Shown: in pieces, positions 47,777 through 58,217 of the stretch
Layout of the letters: each line of letters opens with the position of its first letter
Position numbering within the stretch: the first letter of the stretch is position 1
DNA from: Candidatus Australimonas brisbanensis
Lineage (GTDB): Bacteria; Chloroflexota; Dehalococcoidia; Lucifugimonadales; Australimonadaceae
DNA length: 64,000 nucleotides
Direction: 5' to 3'
Assembly: GCA_038147155.1 (NCBI GenBank)
Contig: JAYQTA010000009.1
Location: 18,283-82,282, forward strand
The notes under the pieces: generated by a model
Seen by the model: only the letters and a program-made list of their open reading frames with translations
Told to the model about the DNA's origin: nothing
Databases searched by the model: none
Program-made: the position numbers and the translations under genes

Positions 47777-49048
47777 GTGTCGATGTTCGAGCGCAGCGTC
47801 CTCCCCAACGGCCTGCGGGTGCTCACCGCGCCCATGCCGGGCACGCGCTCGGCCAGCGTGGGCATCTTTGTGGGCACGGGCTCGCGGCACGAGGACGACG
47901 CGCACGCCGGGGCCTCTCACTTCTTGGAACACCTGCTGTTCAAGGGCACGGCCAAGCGCTCGGACCCGGAGCTGGTGAGCGGGGCCATCGAGTCGGTGGG
48001 CGGGCTGATGAACGCCTCCACCGACCGGGAGGCGACGATCTACTACGCCAAGGTGGGTGCGAAGCACATGGCCCTGGCGCTGGACGTGCTGGCCGACATG
48101 GTGGCGGCGCCCCTGCTGGACGGGACGGAGATGGAGCGTGAGCGCGGGGTGGTCATCGAGGAGATATCGATGACCTACGACCAGCCCGACGCCCTGGCCG
48201 ACATGTTCCTGGACGAGACTCTCTGGCCATCCCAGGCCATGGGGCGCGACATCGCCGGCACCAAGGAGTCGGTTGGGGCCATCACCCTGGCCCAGCTGCG
48301 CGACTACCACGCTCGCCAGTACACCCCCGCCAACATGGTGGTGGCCGTGGCGGGGGCCGTGACGCACCAGCAGGTGCTGGAGGAGGCGGGGCGTCTGCTG
48401 GGCGGGCTGAGCGCCGGGCCCGCGCCGCTGCCCTGGCTGCCCGCTCACGCGGGGCCCGTTGGTGACCGGGTGAAGGTGTATCGCAAGCGCACCGACCAGG
48501 CGCACATCGCGCTGGCCACGCCCGGGGTGCCCACCGACGCGCCGGACCGCCCGGCGTCCGACCTGCTCAACGTCATCCTGGGCGAGGGGATGACCTCGCG
48601 CCTCTTCCTGGAGGTGCGCGAGCGCGGGGGCCTGGCCTACGACATCCACTCGGCGGCCATGCACTACCGTGACACCGGCGCCATGACCGTCTACTGCGGT
48701 ACCGACCCGTCCAAGGTGGACGCGGCGCTGCGGGCGGTGCTGGGGCAGTTCGCATCGCTGGCGGGCGGGGTGCCGGAGGAGGAGGCCGCGCGCGCCCTCT
48801 CCTACGCCGTGGGGCGGCTGGACCTGCGCCTGGAGGATTCCCGCGCCGTCATGGGCTGGGTGGGCGGCCAGGAGTTGCTGCGCGAGCGCGTGCGCACCCC
48901 CGACGAGGTGGTGGCCGACCTGCGCGCCGTCACCACGGCGGACCTGGCAGCCGCCGCAGGGCGCCTGCTGGCGAATGCCGACAAGCGCCTGGCCATCGTG
49001 GGGCCCTTCGCCTCCGAGGCGCGCTTCCGCAAGCTGCTGGCCGCCTAG
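47777..49048 (+). CDS. M16 family zinc peptidase
   Basis: Inverted Zn motif HFLEHLLFKGT, NASTDRE, SRLFLEVRE. Confidence 0.93.
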   Translation: MSMFERSVLPNGLRVLTAPMPGTRSASVGIFVGTGSRHEDDAHAGASHFLEHLLFKGTAKRSDPELVSGAIESVGGLMNASTDREATIYYAKVGAKHMALALDVLADMVAAPLLDGTEMERERGVVIEEISMTYDQPDALADMFLDETLWPSQAMGRDIAGTKESVGAITLAQLRDYHARQYTPANMVVAVAGAVTHQQVLEEAGRLLGGLSAGPAPLPWLPAHAGPVGDRVKVYRKRTDQAHIALATPGVPTDAPDRPASDLLNVILGEGMTSRLFLEVRERGGLAYDIHSAAMHYRDTGAMTVYCGTDPSKVDAALRAVLGQFASLAGGVPEEEAARALSYAVGRLDLRLEDSRAVMGWVGGQELLRERVRTPDEVVADLRAVTTADLAAAAGRLLANADKRLAIVGPFASEARFRKLLAA

Positions 49049-49126
49049 TCCCCATCCTCCCCACCGCGTGAGCAGACAGGCCCCGGCGCATGCCGAGCCT
49101 CTCGGTGTAGTGTTGGCTGGAGTGGA

Positions 49127-50795
<1,669 letters not shown>

Positions 50796-50813
50796 TCAGG
50801 GACGCCGCGCCGC

Positions 50814-51107
50814 CTAGCCGACCTTGGCCAGGACGTCGGCCTCCTTCATGATCAGCAGCTCCTCACCGTCGTCGGTGAACTCGGTCCCGGCGAACTTGGA
50901 GTAGATGACGACGTCACCCACCTTCAGGTCCATCGCGATGCGCTTGCCGTCCTCACCCACGCGGCCGGGGCCAGCGGCGACGACCTTGCCCTCCTGGGGG
51001 CGCTCCTTGGCGGTGTCGGGCAGGTAGATACCAGACTTGGTCTGGTTGGACTGCTCAACGGCCTTCACCACGATCCGGTCACCCAGCGGCTGCAGCGTTC
51101 GTGCCAC
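50814..51107 (-). CDS. groS: Co-chaperonin GroES
   Basis: [34 protein letters not shown]. Confidence 0.97.
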   Translation of the reverse strand: MARTLQPLGDRIVVKAVEQSNQTKSGIYLPDTAKERPQEGKVVAAGPGRVGEDGKRIAMDLKVGDVVIYSKFAGTEFTDDGEELLIMKEADVLAKVG

Positions 51108-51215
51108 GGTTGTCCTCCTTCGCTCTGCTGCGCGATTCTCGCTCCCGGACTGCTCACCACGAGGCCCCCTCGCAGGCGCCGGGGGGCAGGTGCTAGCAAA
51201 CCGGGTTGGCGTTTG

Positions 51216-51242
51216 TTAGCAGACTCCACAGGGGAGTGCTAA
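51216..51242 (-). promoter_or_regulatory. CIRCE element (HrcA operator)
   Basis: Minus strand TTAGCACTC-N9-GTCTGCTAA vs consensus TTAGCACTC-N9-GAGTGCTAA, directly downstream of the groESL promoter. Confidence 0.88.
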
Positions 51243-51248
51243 CGAGGC

Positions 51249-51277
51249 ATGGTATGGACGTGCCTCGCAGGTGTCAA
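51249..51277 (-). promoter_or_regulatory. sigma70-type promoter of groESL
   Basis: Minus strand TTGACA-N17-TACCAT. Confidence 0.8.
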
Positions 51278-51334
51278 GGGGCGCGCGGCGGGCCCGTCCT
51301 TGACGGCCCCCCGGCCCGCTGCGAGCATCGCCGC

Positions 51335-51997
51335 ATGTTCGCCCTCACCCTCACGGCCGACGGCCTCACGGCAACCCTGGCGCTTGATGCCCCGGAGGGT
51401 GAGCGTGACCTGGCCGCCGCCTGCGCCGCGCTGCCCGAGGGGGTGCGGGTGGTGGTGGTGACGGGCTTCGCGGGTGCGCCCCCCCTTGCGCCCGCCGCCT
51501 TGCTGGCGGCGCTGGCCGTCCCCACGCTGGGTTGGGTGGACGGCGATGTGCGCGACCACGGCGTGGAGCTGGCGCTGGCGTGCGACATCCGCGTGCTGGC
51601 CTCCGGCGCATCGGTGGCGCTCACGCAGGTGCGCGCGGGCGCGCTCCCCGCCGACGGCGGCACGCAGCGGCTGGTGCGGCTGGTGGGCCGGGGCCACGCG
51701 TTGCGCCTGCTGCTCACCGGCGATGCCGTCGGCGCTCAGGAGGCCGCGGTCATGGGCCTCGCGCAGGCGGTGGGCACGCTGGCCGAGGCCGAGGCGCTGG
51801 CTGCGCGCATCGGTGCGACGGGGCCGCTGGCCACGGCCTACACCCGTGAGGCGGTGCGCGCGGCGGGTGAGGTGCCGTTGGCTGAGGGGCTGCGGGCGGA
51901 GGCGGACCTGGCCATCCTGCTGCACACCAGCGCCGACCGGGCCGAGGGCCTGGCGGCGTTCCGGGAGCGGCGCGCTCCGCGCTTCGAAGGGCGATGA
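51335..51997 (+). CDS. Enoyl-CoA hydratase/crotonase family protein (shortened N-terminus)
   Basis: GVELALACDIR, GGTQRLVRLVG, AEGLAAFRERRAPRF; TTGACG-N17-GAGCAT-N6-ATG upstream. Confidence 0.8.
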   Translation: MFALTLTADGLTATLALDAPEGERDLAAACAALPEGVRVVVVTGFAGAPPLAPAALLAALAVPTLGWVDGDVRDHGVELALACDIRVLASGASVALTQVRAGALPADGGTQRLVRLVGRGHALRLLLTGDAVGAQEAAVMGLAQAVGTLAEAEALAARIGATGPLATAYTREAVRAAGEVPLAEGLRAEADLAILLHTSADRAEGLAAFRERRAPRFEGR

Positions 51998-52725
51998 GCC
52001 CCTTCGACACCATCGTGTACGAGAAGGACGGCCCGCTGGCGCTGGTGCGCCTGGCGCGCCCGGCGGCGGTGAACGCCTTCAGCGTGCGCATGCGCGATGA
52101 GCTGTGGGAGGTGCTCACGGCGGTGCGGGACGACCCGGATGTGCGCGGCTTGGCGCTGGAGGGGGAGGGGCGCGGCTTCTGCGCCGGGGCCGACCTGTCC
52201 GAGTTCGGCACCGCCCCCTCCCAGGCCATCGCCCGGCGGGTGCGCTTCGAGCGCGACGTGTTCGGCCTGCTCCTGTCCCTTCCAGTGCCCACCCTCGCCG
52301 CCGTGCACGGCCCGTGCCTCGGCTCCGGGGTGGAGCTGGCGGCAGCGTGCGACGTGCGCCTGGCAGCGGACGATGCGACCTTCGGCTTGCCGGAGACGGG
52401 CTGGGGGCTCATCGCGGCGGCCGGCGGTACCCAGCTGCTCCCGCGCATCGTGGGGCAGGGGCGGGCGCTGGAGACCCTGCTCACGGGCCGCCGTTTCAGC
52501 GCGGACGAGGCGTTGGCCATGGGGCTGGCGCACCGCATCGTCCCCCGCGCCGCGCTGGCCGCCGAGGCCCGTGCGTGGCTCTCGCGCATCGTGGCGGCCC
52601 CGGCGCCGGCGCTGGCGGCTGCCAAGCGCGCCGTGAACGAGCTGGCTGACCTGCCCCTGGCTGAGGGGCTGGCGGGGGAGGCCCGCTTGGCCCGGCTGTT
52701 GGGTGCGGGCGGCCCCCTGCGCTAA
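51994..52725 (+). CDS. Enoyl-CoA hydratase/crotonase family protein
   Basis: FCAGADL, GSGVELAAACDVR, GGTQLLPRIVG. Confidence 0.92.
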   Translation: MSPFDTIVYEKDGPLALVRLARPAAVNAFSVRMRDELWEVLTAVRDDPDVRGLALEGEGRGFCAGADLSEFGTAPSQAIARRVRFERDVFGLLLSLPVPTLAAVHGPCLGSGVELAAACDVRLAADDATFGLPETGWGLIAAAGGTQLLPRIVGQGRALETLLTGRRFSADEALAMGLAHRIVPRAALAAEARAWLSRIVAAPAPALAAAKRAVNELADLPLAEGLAGEARLARLLGAGGPLR

Positions 52726-52759
52726 CCTAGGGGCAGCCCTGCCCCTGGACGGTACCCGC

Positions 52760-54319
52760 GTGCACACCCACGAACTGCTCACCATCGCCTCGGCCATCGT
52801 GCCGGAGCGCGCCGCCGTCATCGCCGACGGGGTGCGCCTGACCTACGAGGAACTGGCCGCGCGCGCCAACCGGTTGGCCAACGCGCTCCATGCGCAGGGC
52901 GTGGGGCCGGGCGACCGGGTGGCGGTGATGGACGTGAATGCCCCGCACCACCTGGAGCTGTACTTCGCCGCCGCGCGCCTGGACGCCATCTACGTGCCGC
53001 TGAACTTCCGTGGCCGGGGCGAGGAGGTGGGCTTCCCCCTCCAGCACGCCCAGCCCAAGGTGGTGGTGGCGGGGAGCCGCTACGCGGGGATGCTGGACGA
53101 ACTGCGCGAGCGCGCCCCCGCCGCACGTTTCGTGGTGGCGGATGGTGCGGCGGGGCCGGGGTGGGATGCCTATGACGACGTGCTCGCCTCCGGCGCGCTG
53201 GACGAGCTGCGCTTCCCGGAGGGGGACGCGGAGGACACGGCTGTGCTGCTGTTCACCGCGGGCACCACGGGCACGCCCAAGGCGGTGATGCTCTCCCACG
53301 GTTCGTTCACCTCCTACATGCTCACCTCCGTGGAGCCGCCCGACCCGGACGCGGAGGAGCGCACCATCCTGACCATGCCCCTCTACCACGTCGCGGGCCT
53401 GCAGGCGGCGCTGGCCTCGGTGTATGGGGGGCGCACGGTGGTGCTCCAGCGCCAGTTCGACCCCGGCGAGTGGATGCGGCTGGTGGAGGAGGAACAGGTG
53501 CAGCGCGCCTTGGTGGTGCCCACCATGCTCAAGCACCTGATCGACCACCCCGACTTCCCCCAGCGTGACTTGGGCTCGTTGCGCGTGGTGACCTATGGCG
53601 GTGCCCCCATGCCCCCCTCGCTGATCGAGCGGGCCATCGGCGCGCTGCCGGGGGTGCAGTTCATCAACGCCTTCGGCCAGACGGAGACGGGCTCCACCAT
53701 CGCCATGGTGCCCCCAGAGGACCACGTGCTGGAGGGCCCGCCGGAACTGGTGGCCAAGCGCCGCAGGCACCTGGCGTCCATCGGCCGCCCGCTGCCCGAC
53801 GTGGAGGTGGCGGTGGTGGACGAGAACGGCCAACCCCTGCCCCCTGAGCAGACGGGGGAGATCGTGGCGCGCGGCCCGCGGCTGATGCGCGGCTACTGGG
53901 GCCAGGAGGAGGCCACCGCCCAGACCATCAGGGGTGGGTGGCTCTACACCGGGGACCTGGGCTACATGGACGAGGACGGCTACATCTACCTGCAGGGGCG
54001 GGCCAAGGACTTCATCAAGCGTGGTGGCGAGATGGTGGCCCCCGAGGAGGTGGAGAACGCTGTCCACGCCTGCCCCGGCGTCGCCGAGTGCGCGGTGATC
54101 GGCCTGCCGGACGAGGAATGGGGCGAGCGGGTGGCCGCCGTGGTGGTGGCCGAGACCGGCGCATCGCTCACCGAGGACGCGGTGCTGGACGCATGCGCGG
54201 GCCTGGCCCGCTTCAAGCGCCCGGTGCAGGTGCTGTTCGTTGACGCCCTGCCTCGCAACGCCCTGGGCAAGGTGCTCAAGCGGGAGCTGCGCGAGCGCTT
54301 CGCGCAAGGTGCCGCCTAG
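52760..54319 (+). CDS. Acyl-CoA synthetase (AMP-binding, long-chain fatty acid type)
   Basis: FTAGTTGTPK, FGQTE, TGDLG, GRAKDFIKRGGE, NALGKVLK; GTG 52760. Confidence 0.93.
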   Translation: MHTHELLTIASAIVPERAAVIADGVRLTYEELAARANRLANALHAQGVGPGDRVAVMDVNAPHHLELYFAAARLDAIYVPLNFRGRGEEVGFPLQHAQPKVVVAGSRYAGMLDELRERAPAARFVVADGAAGPGWDAYDDVLASGALDELRFPEGDAEDTAVLLFTAGTTGTPKAVMLSHGSFTSYMLTSVEPPDPDAEERTILTMPLYHVAGLQAALASVYGGRTVVLQRQFDPGEWMRLVEEEQVQRALVVPTMLKHLIDHPDFPQRDLGSLRVVTYGGAPMPPSLIERAIGALPGVQFINAFGQTETGSTIAMVPPEDHVLEGPPELVAKRRRHLASIGRPLPDVEVAVVDENGQPLPPEQTGEIVARGPRLMRGYWGQEEATAQTIRGGWLYTGDLGYMDEDGYIYLQGRAKDFIKRGGEMVAPEEVENAVHACPGVAECAVIGLPDEEWGERVAAVVVAETGASLTEDAVLDACAGLARFKRPVQVLFVDALPRNALGKVLKRELRERFAQGAA

Positions 54320-54321
54320 CC

Positions 54322-54633
54322 GTGGCCTCCCCGCAGCGCCGAGCGGAACTGGGCATCGATGAGGCCACCGACGCGCTGATGGCCCGTGCCTACGCCTACC
54401 TGCACACCCCCGCGCGCACGGCGCGCACCGGCGCGGAGCTGGCGGCGCGCCTGTCCCTGCCCACACCGGCGGCCCCGCGTGGATTCACCCCGGAGCAGGC
54501 GCGCGCCTGCGAGGCGCGCTTGGCCCACGCCCTGGCGGTGCTGACGGAACTGGGGGTGCTGGAGCGGGTGCCCGGTGGTTACCGGGTGAAGGCGGAGGCG
54601 GATGTGGGGAGTTGGCGGGTGGCTGGCCGCTAG
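54322..54633 (+). CDS. Hypothetical protein
   Basis: 103 aa ORF 2 nt after the ligase stop; end VLTELGVLERVPGGYRV suggests a winged helix. Confidence 0.55.
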   Translation: MASPQRRAELGIDEATDALMARAYAYLHTPARTARTGAELAARLSLPTPAAPRGFTPEQARACEARLAHALAVLTELGVLERVPGGYRVKAEADVGSWRVAGR

Positions 54634-54640
54634 CGCAGGG

Positions 54641-55078
54641 CTAGGCGGCGCGGCGCTCAGCCGCGGGCTCGGCGCTTCGCGCTTCGGGCGGGGCCTCGTC
54701 CCACGAGAGCCCCCCGGCGCGCCACTCGTACACCAGCCCCGCCACCAGCACGGCGATGAAGAAGCCGACGGCGCCCAGCGCACTCCAGCCCAGCGCCCCA
54801 GCCTGCGTGGCCCAGGGGAAGAGGAACACCGCCTCCACGTCGAAGAGCAGGAAGAGCAGCCCGTAGCGGTAGAAGCGCACGTTGTGGCGCTCCCAGCGCG
54901 GGTTCCCCTCGGGCACCATGCCACACTCGTACGGGTCGTACTTGAGGGGGTTGGGCCGGTAGGGACGGGCGCGCACCTTGGAGGCGAGCTGCGAGACGAG
55001 CAGCACCCCCGCGGGCGTGGCCACGGAGAAGATGCCTAACAGGAGCACGAAGCCGTACTGGCGCAGGTAATCGTCCAT
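54641..55078 (-). CDS. nuoA: NADH-quinone oxidoreductase subunit A (stand-alone)
   Basis: KYDPYECG, RFYRYGLLFLLFDVEAVFLFPWA, YEWRAGGLSW; ATG 55078. Confidence 0.93.
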   Translation of the reverse strand: MDDYLRQYGFVLLLGIFSVATPAGVLLVSQLASKVRARPYRPNPLKYDPYECGMVPEGNPRWERHNVRFYRYGLLFLLFDVEAVFLFPWATQAGALGWSALGAVGFFIAVLVAGLVYEWRAGGLSWDEAPPEARSAEPAAERRAA

Positions 55079-55085
55079 CGATGGC

Positions 55086-55115
55086 ATGCTAGAAGCCCCG
55101 TGCGCGCACCGTCAA
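55086..55115 (-). promoter_or_regulatory. Leaderless sigma70-type promoter of nuoA
   Basis: Minus strand TTGACG-N18-TAGCAT-N7-ATG. Confidence 0.65.
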
Positions 55116-55261
55116 GGCGCGTGCGTGTACCGGAACGAGCCCATGTTGCACGTGCAAACCTTGCGCGTACCCCCCTCCATGATTAGACTGTTCGCTTGCG
55201 TGCGAAACGCCAATCGGGCCGGTGCGAGCGACCGGTACTTTCCGAGAGGGGGGCTGCTTGG

Positions 55262-55630
55262 TTGGAAGCACTGGGTCGTCACATCCTGCTGGAACTGCGC
55301 TCCTGTAACCGCGAGAAGCTCAACGATCTCCCGTTCGTCCGGGACACGATGTTGAGCGCTGCGCGGGAGACGGGGGCCACCATCATCGGGCAGATCTTCC
55401 ACCAGTTCAGCCCGCAGGGCGTCACCGGCGTCATCGCCATCGCCGAGTCCCACCTGTGCATCCACACCTGGCCCGAGTATGGCTACGCTGCGGTTGACGT
55501 GTTCACCTGTGGCGAGTCCTTCAACCCCACCGAGGCCGCGCACCTGATCGCGCAGGGCCTCGAATCCGCTGACCCGGAGATCTCCGAGGTGACCCGTGGT
55601 CACCTGGACTTCGCCGCTCTGGCGCATTAG
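55262..55630 (+). CDS. speD: Pyruvoyl-dependent S-adenosylmethionine decarboxylase proenzyme (class 1B)
   Basis: GRHILLEL, HQFSPQGVTG, AESHLCIHTWPEYGYAAVDVFTCG; TTG 55262 after GAGAGGGG. Confidence 0.92.
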   Translation: MEALGRHILLELRSCNREKLNDLPFVRDTMLSAARETGATIIGQIFHQFSPQGVTGVIAIAESHLCIHTWPEYGYAAVDVFTCGESFNPTEAAHLIAQGLESADPEISEVTRGHLDFAALAH

Positions 55631-55633
55631 CCG

Positions 55634-56575
55634 ATGCCGGGTATCTCCGCAGCCACCGCCAAGCAGACGGTCTGGTACTACGAGTACATCACCGACGACC
55701 TGCTCCAGGCCGCCTCGGTGAAGGAGTTGATGTACCAAGGCGAGACCGCCTACCAGCGCGTCCACGTGCTGGACACCGACACCTTCGGCCGCATGCTGGT
55801 CCTGGACGGCAAGACCCAGTCCTCCGAGGCCGACGAGTTCTGCTACCACGAGGGGCTCGTTCAGCCCATCGCCATCGCGCATGCGAACCCGAAGCGCGTG
55901 TTCATCGCGGGCGGCGGCGAGGGTGCCACGGCCCGTGAGGTGCTGCGCCACCGCAGTGTGGAGCAGGTGGTCATGGTGGACCTGGACAAGGAGGTGGTGG
56001 ACCTGTGCAAGCGCTACCTGCCCAACCACCACCAGGGTGCCTTCGATGACCCGCGCCTCACGCTGATCCACGATGATGCGCTGGTGCACCTGCGCGATGC
56101 GACCGAGCCCTTCGACCTGATCATCATCGACATCCCGGACCCCCTCGAGGGCGGCCCCGCCTACCTGCTCTACACCGAGGAGTTCTACGCCATGGTGCGT
56201 GACCGCCTCGCCCCCGGCGGGTTGATGGTCGCCCAGTCGGGCCCCACGGGCCCCACCAACGTGTCCGAGGTGTTCACGGCTATCGCCAAGACCATGGATC
56301 GTTCGTTCCCCCTCGTGAACGGCTACTCGGTGTACATGCCTGCCTTCGGGTGCCAGTGGGGCTTCTTGGTGGGCGTTCCCGAGGGCTCGCCGGATCTGCG
56401 TTCCATCAGCGCGGAGGAGGTGGACGCGCGCATCGACGCTCGCCTCACCAGCCCCCTGCGCTACTACGACGGGCAGGCCCACCACGGCATCCTGGGGCTG
56501 CCCAAGTACGTGCGCGCCGCCATGGCCGCCGAGCAGCGGGTCATCACCAACGACTCGCCGCTCTTCTCCGTCTAG
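55634..56575 (+). CDS. speE: Polyamine aminopropyltransferase
   Basis: LVLDGKTQS, YHEGLV, IAGGGEGATAREVL, DIPDPLEGGP. Confidence 0.94.
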   Translation: MPGISAATAKQTVWYYEYITDDLLQAASVKELMYQGETAYQRVHVLDTDTFGRMLVLDGKTQSSEADEFCYHEGLVQPIAIAHANPKRVFIAGGGEGATAREVLRHRSVEQVVMVDLDKEVVDLCKRYLPNHHQGAFDDPRLTLIHDDALVHLRDATEPFDLIIIDIPDPLEGGPAYLLYTEEFYAMVRDRLAPGGLMVAQSGPTGPTNVSEVFTAIAKTMDRSFPLVNGYSVYMPAFGCQWGFLVGVPEGSPDLRSISAEEVDARIDARLTSPLRYYDGQAHHGILGLPKYVRAAMAAEQRVITNDSPLFSV

Positions 56576-56590
56576 GGTTTTTTTCTCCGC

Positions 56591-56924
56591 GCTCCCTTCG
56601 GTCGCTCGTTACAGGGGACTCCCCTGCGCGCCTGCGGCGCTACCCCGTCTCCGCTCGCTGGGCGCTCGCTCATGGAAGCAGGCGCGTGGCCTGCTCGCAT
56701 AATTCGGGGCTCCCAGTGGGGCGCAGCCCCAAGAACGCCGACAAGCCTGGGAGTGTCGGGGCTGAGAAGTGCAGTGGGGAGGGCACCTCCCCCTGCCGGG
56801 GGTTCGGCGCGGAGCGCCCAGGGGGTGTCCCCCTTCAGACGAGCGAGCCGTAGGCGAGCGGGGTACGGGTTTGGCGCGGAGCGCCCAGGGGGTGTCCCCC
56901 TTCCATTTAGCGACCGAAGGGAGC
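56591..56924. repeat. Modular palindromic intergenic repeat, copy C, with a perfect 16-bp terminal inverted repeat
   Basis: GCTCCCTTCGGTCGCT (56591-56606) / AGCGACCGAAGGGAGC (56909-56924); identical 31-bp internal module at 56806-56836 and 56873-56903; core shared with copy A. Confidence 0.88.
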
Positions 56925-57030
56925 GGGGAACCAACGGGATGACGCTCCATCTGCTCCCTTAGGGCGTTGTTGGCCCGCGCGTGCGCTTGCTAGAGTGCGC
57001 GCAGCACGCCGACTGGAGCGAGGGGCTTCC

Positions 57031-57558
57031 ATGAACTGGGTGGATATCGTCATCATCGTCCTGGTGGCCGGGTTCGGCTTCCTGGGCTGGCGCAACGGGG
57101 TGATCCGCTGGGCGTTCACCGTGGCGGGCGTCATCGCCGGCGTGGTGCTGGCGGGGCAGTTCTACGACACGTTGGCCCCGGTCATGGTGTTCACGGACTC
57201 CGAGGGCATCCGCAAGGTGTTGGCCTTCGCCGCGGTGTTCATCGCGGTGATGATCGGTGCCTGGCTCATCGCCCGCATCCTGCGCACGGTGCTCAAGGTG
57301 CTGCTGCTGGGGTGGGTGGACTCGCTGGCGGGGTTGGCGCTGGGCGTCGTGGGTGGTGCGCTGGCCGCATCCGCGCTGCTCACGGCCTTCGGCGTGGTGC
57401 CGGTGGGCAGCCTGCAGGATGCGGTCGCCTCCTCCACGTTGGCCGAGCCGCTGCTGCGCAGCACGGGATTCATCCGCGCCTTCCTGCCCGCTGAGTTCGA
57501 CGCCATCAAGGACCTGATCGACCAGGGGGTTCAGCTCAAGGACGGCCTCGGCATCTAG
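57031..57558 (+). CDS. cvpA: CvpA (colicin V production) family membrane protein
   Basis: MNWVDIVII, GWRNGVIR, LGWVDSLAGLALG. Confidence 0.88.
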   Translation: MNWVDIVIIVLVAGFGFLGWRNGVIRWAFTVAGVIAGVVLAGQFYDTLAPVMVFTDSEGIRKVLAFAAVFIAVMIGAWLIARILRTVLKVLLLGWVDSLAGLALGVVGGALAASALLTAFGVVPVGSLQDAVASSTLAEPLLRSTGFIRAFLPAEFDAIKDLIDQGVQLKDGLGI

Positions 57559-57680
57559 CGAGGGCTGTTGCGGGGCTTTTCGCCCCGGTTCTACACTGAG
57601 GATACGCACCCCACCGGGCCCAGGCCCTGGGGTGCGGCGGCCAGCAGGCGAAGCGCGCACGGGGCACCCGCGAGGGAGCG

Positions 57681-58217
57681 TTGAGCGAGCCAGTCTTGGT
57701 CCTGAACCGCAATTTCGAGCCGCTCAACGTGTGCGGCCCGCGCCGGGCACTGGTGCTCGTGCTGCGCGAGAAGGCGCAGCCCATCGAGTTCCACGACCGT
57801 GCCCTGCGCTCCATCGCGGCCGAGCTCCCCGTCCCCTCGGTGATCCGCCTGCTGAACCAGGTGCGCCGCCCGGTGCTCTCCCGGCGGCTCTCGCGTCGCG
57901 AGGTGTTCACCCGCGACGGCTTCGCGTGCCAGTACTGCGGACGCCACGCCAAGGTGCTCACCCTCGACCACGTGGTACCGCGGGTGCGCAAGGGGCCCAG
58001 CACCTGGGAGAACGTGGTGACGGCGTGCCCGGCGTGCAACCACCGCAAGGCGGACCGCACGCCGGAGGAGGCGGGCATGCGCCTGCTCAACCACCCCGCC
58101 CCACCGCGCGCGAACCCGTACGCGCACCTGATGGGGCGTGATTTCCCCCGCCAGTGGGACATCTACCTGCCGTGGATGGGCGCTGGGCGCCGCGCCGGGG
58201 CGCTGGCTGCGGTCTAG
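57681..58217 (+). CDS. HNH endonuclease (stand-alone, McrA-like type)
   Basis: VLVLNRNFEPL, VFTRDGFACQYCG, TLDHVVP, WENVVTACPACNHRK. Confidence 0.92.
   Translation: MSEPVLVLNRNFEPLNVCGPRRALVLVLREKAQPIEFHDRALRSIAAELPVPSVIRLLNQVRRPVLSRRLSRREVFTRDGFACQYCGRHAKVLTLDHVVPRVRKGPSTWENVVTACPACNHRKADRTPEEAGMRLLNHPAPPRANPYAHLMGRDFPRQWDIYLPWMGAGRRAGALAAV

Noticed and set aside
56800-56905. CRISPR array from the two identical 31-bp repeats 36 nt apart
   Set aside because: Only two units, embedded in a larger repeat whose module also occurs singly at about 29884-29914; no cas genes
57571-57587. Hairpin CGGGGC-TTTTC-GCCCCG after cvpA as an intrinsic terminator
   Set aside because: No U-tract follows; too weak to call
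57681-58217. HNH protein as a homing or mobile nuclease or Cas component
   Set aside because: Matches the widespread stand-alone chromosomal HNH type; no intron, intein, IS ends or defence neighbours
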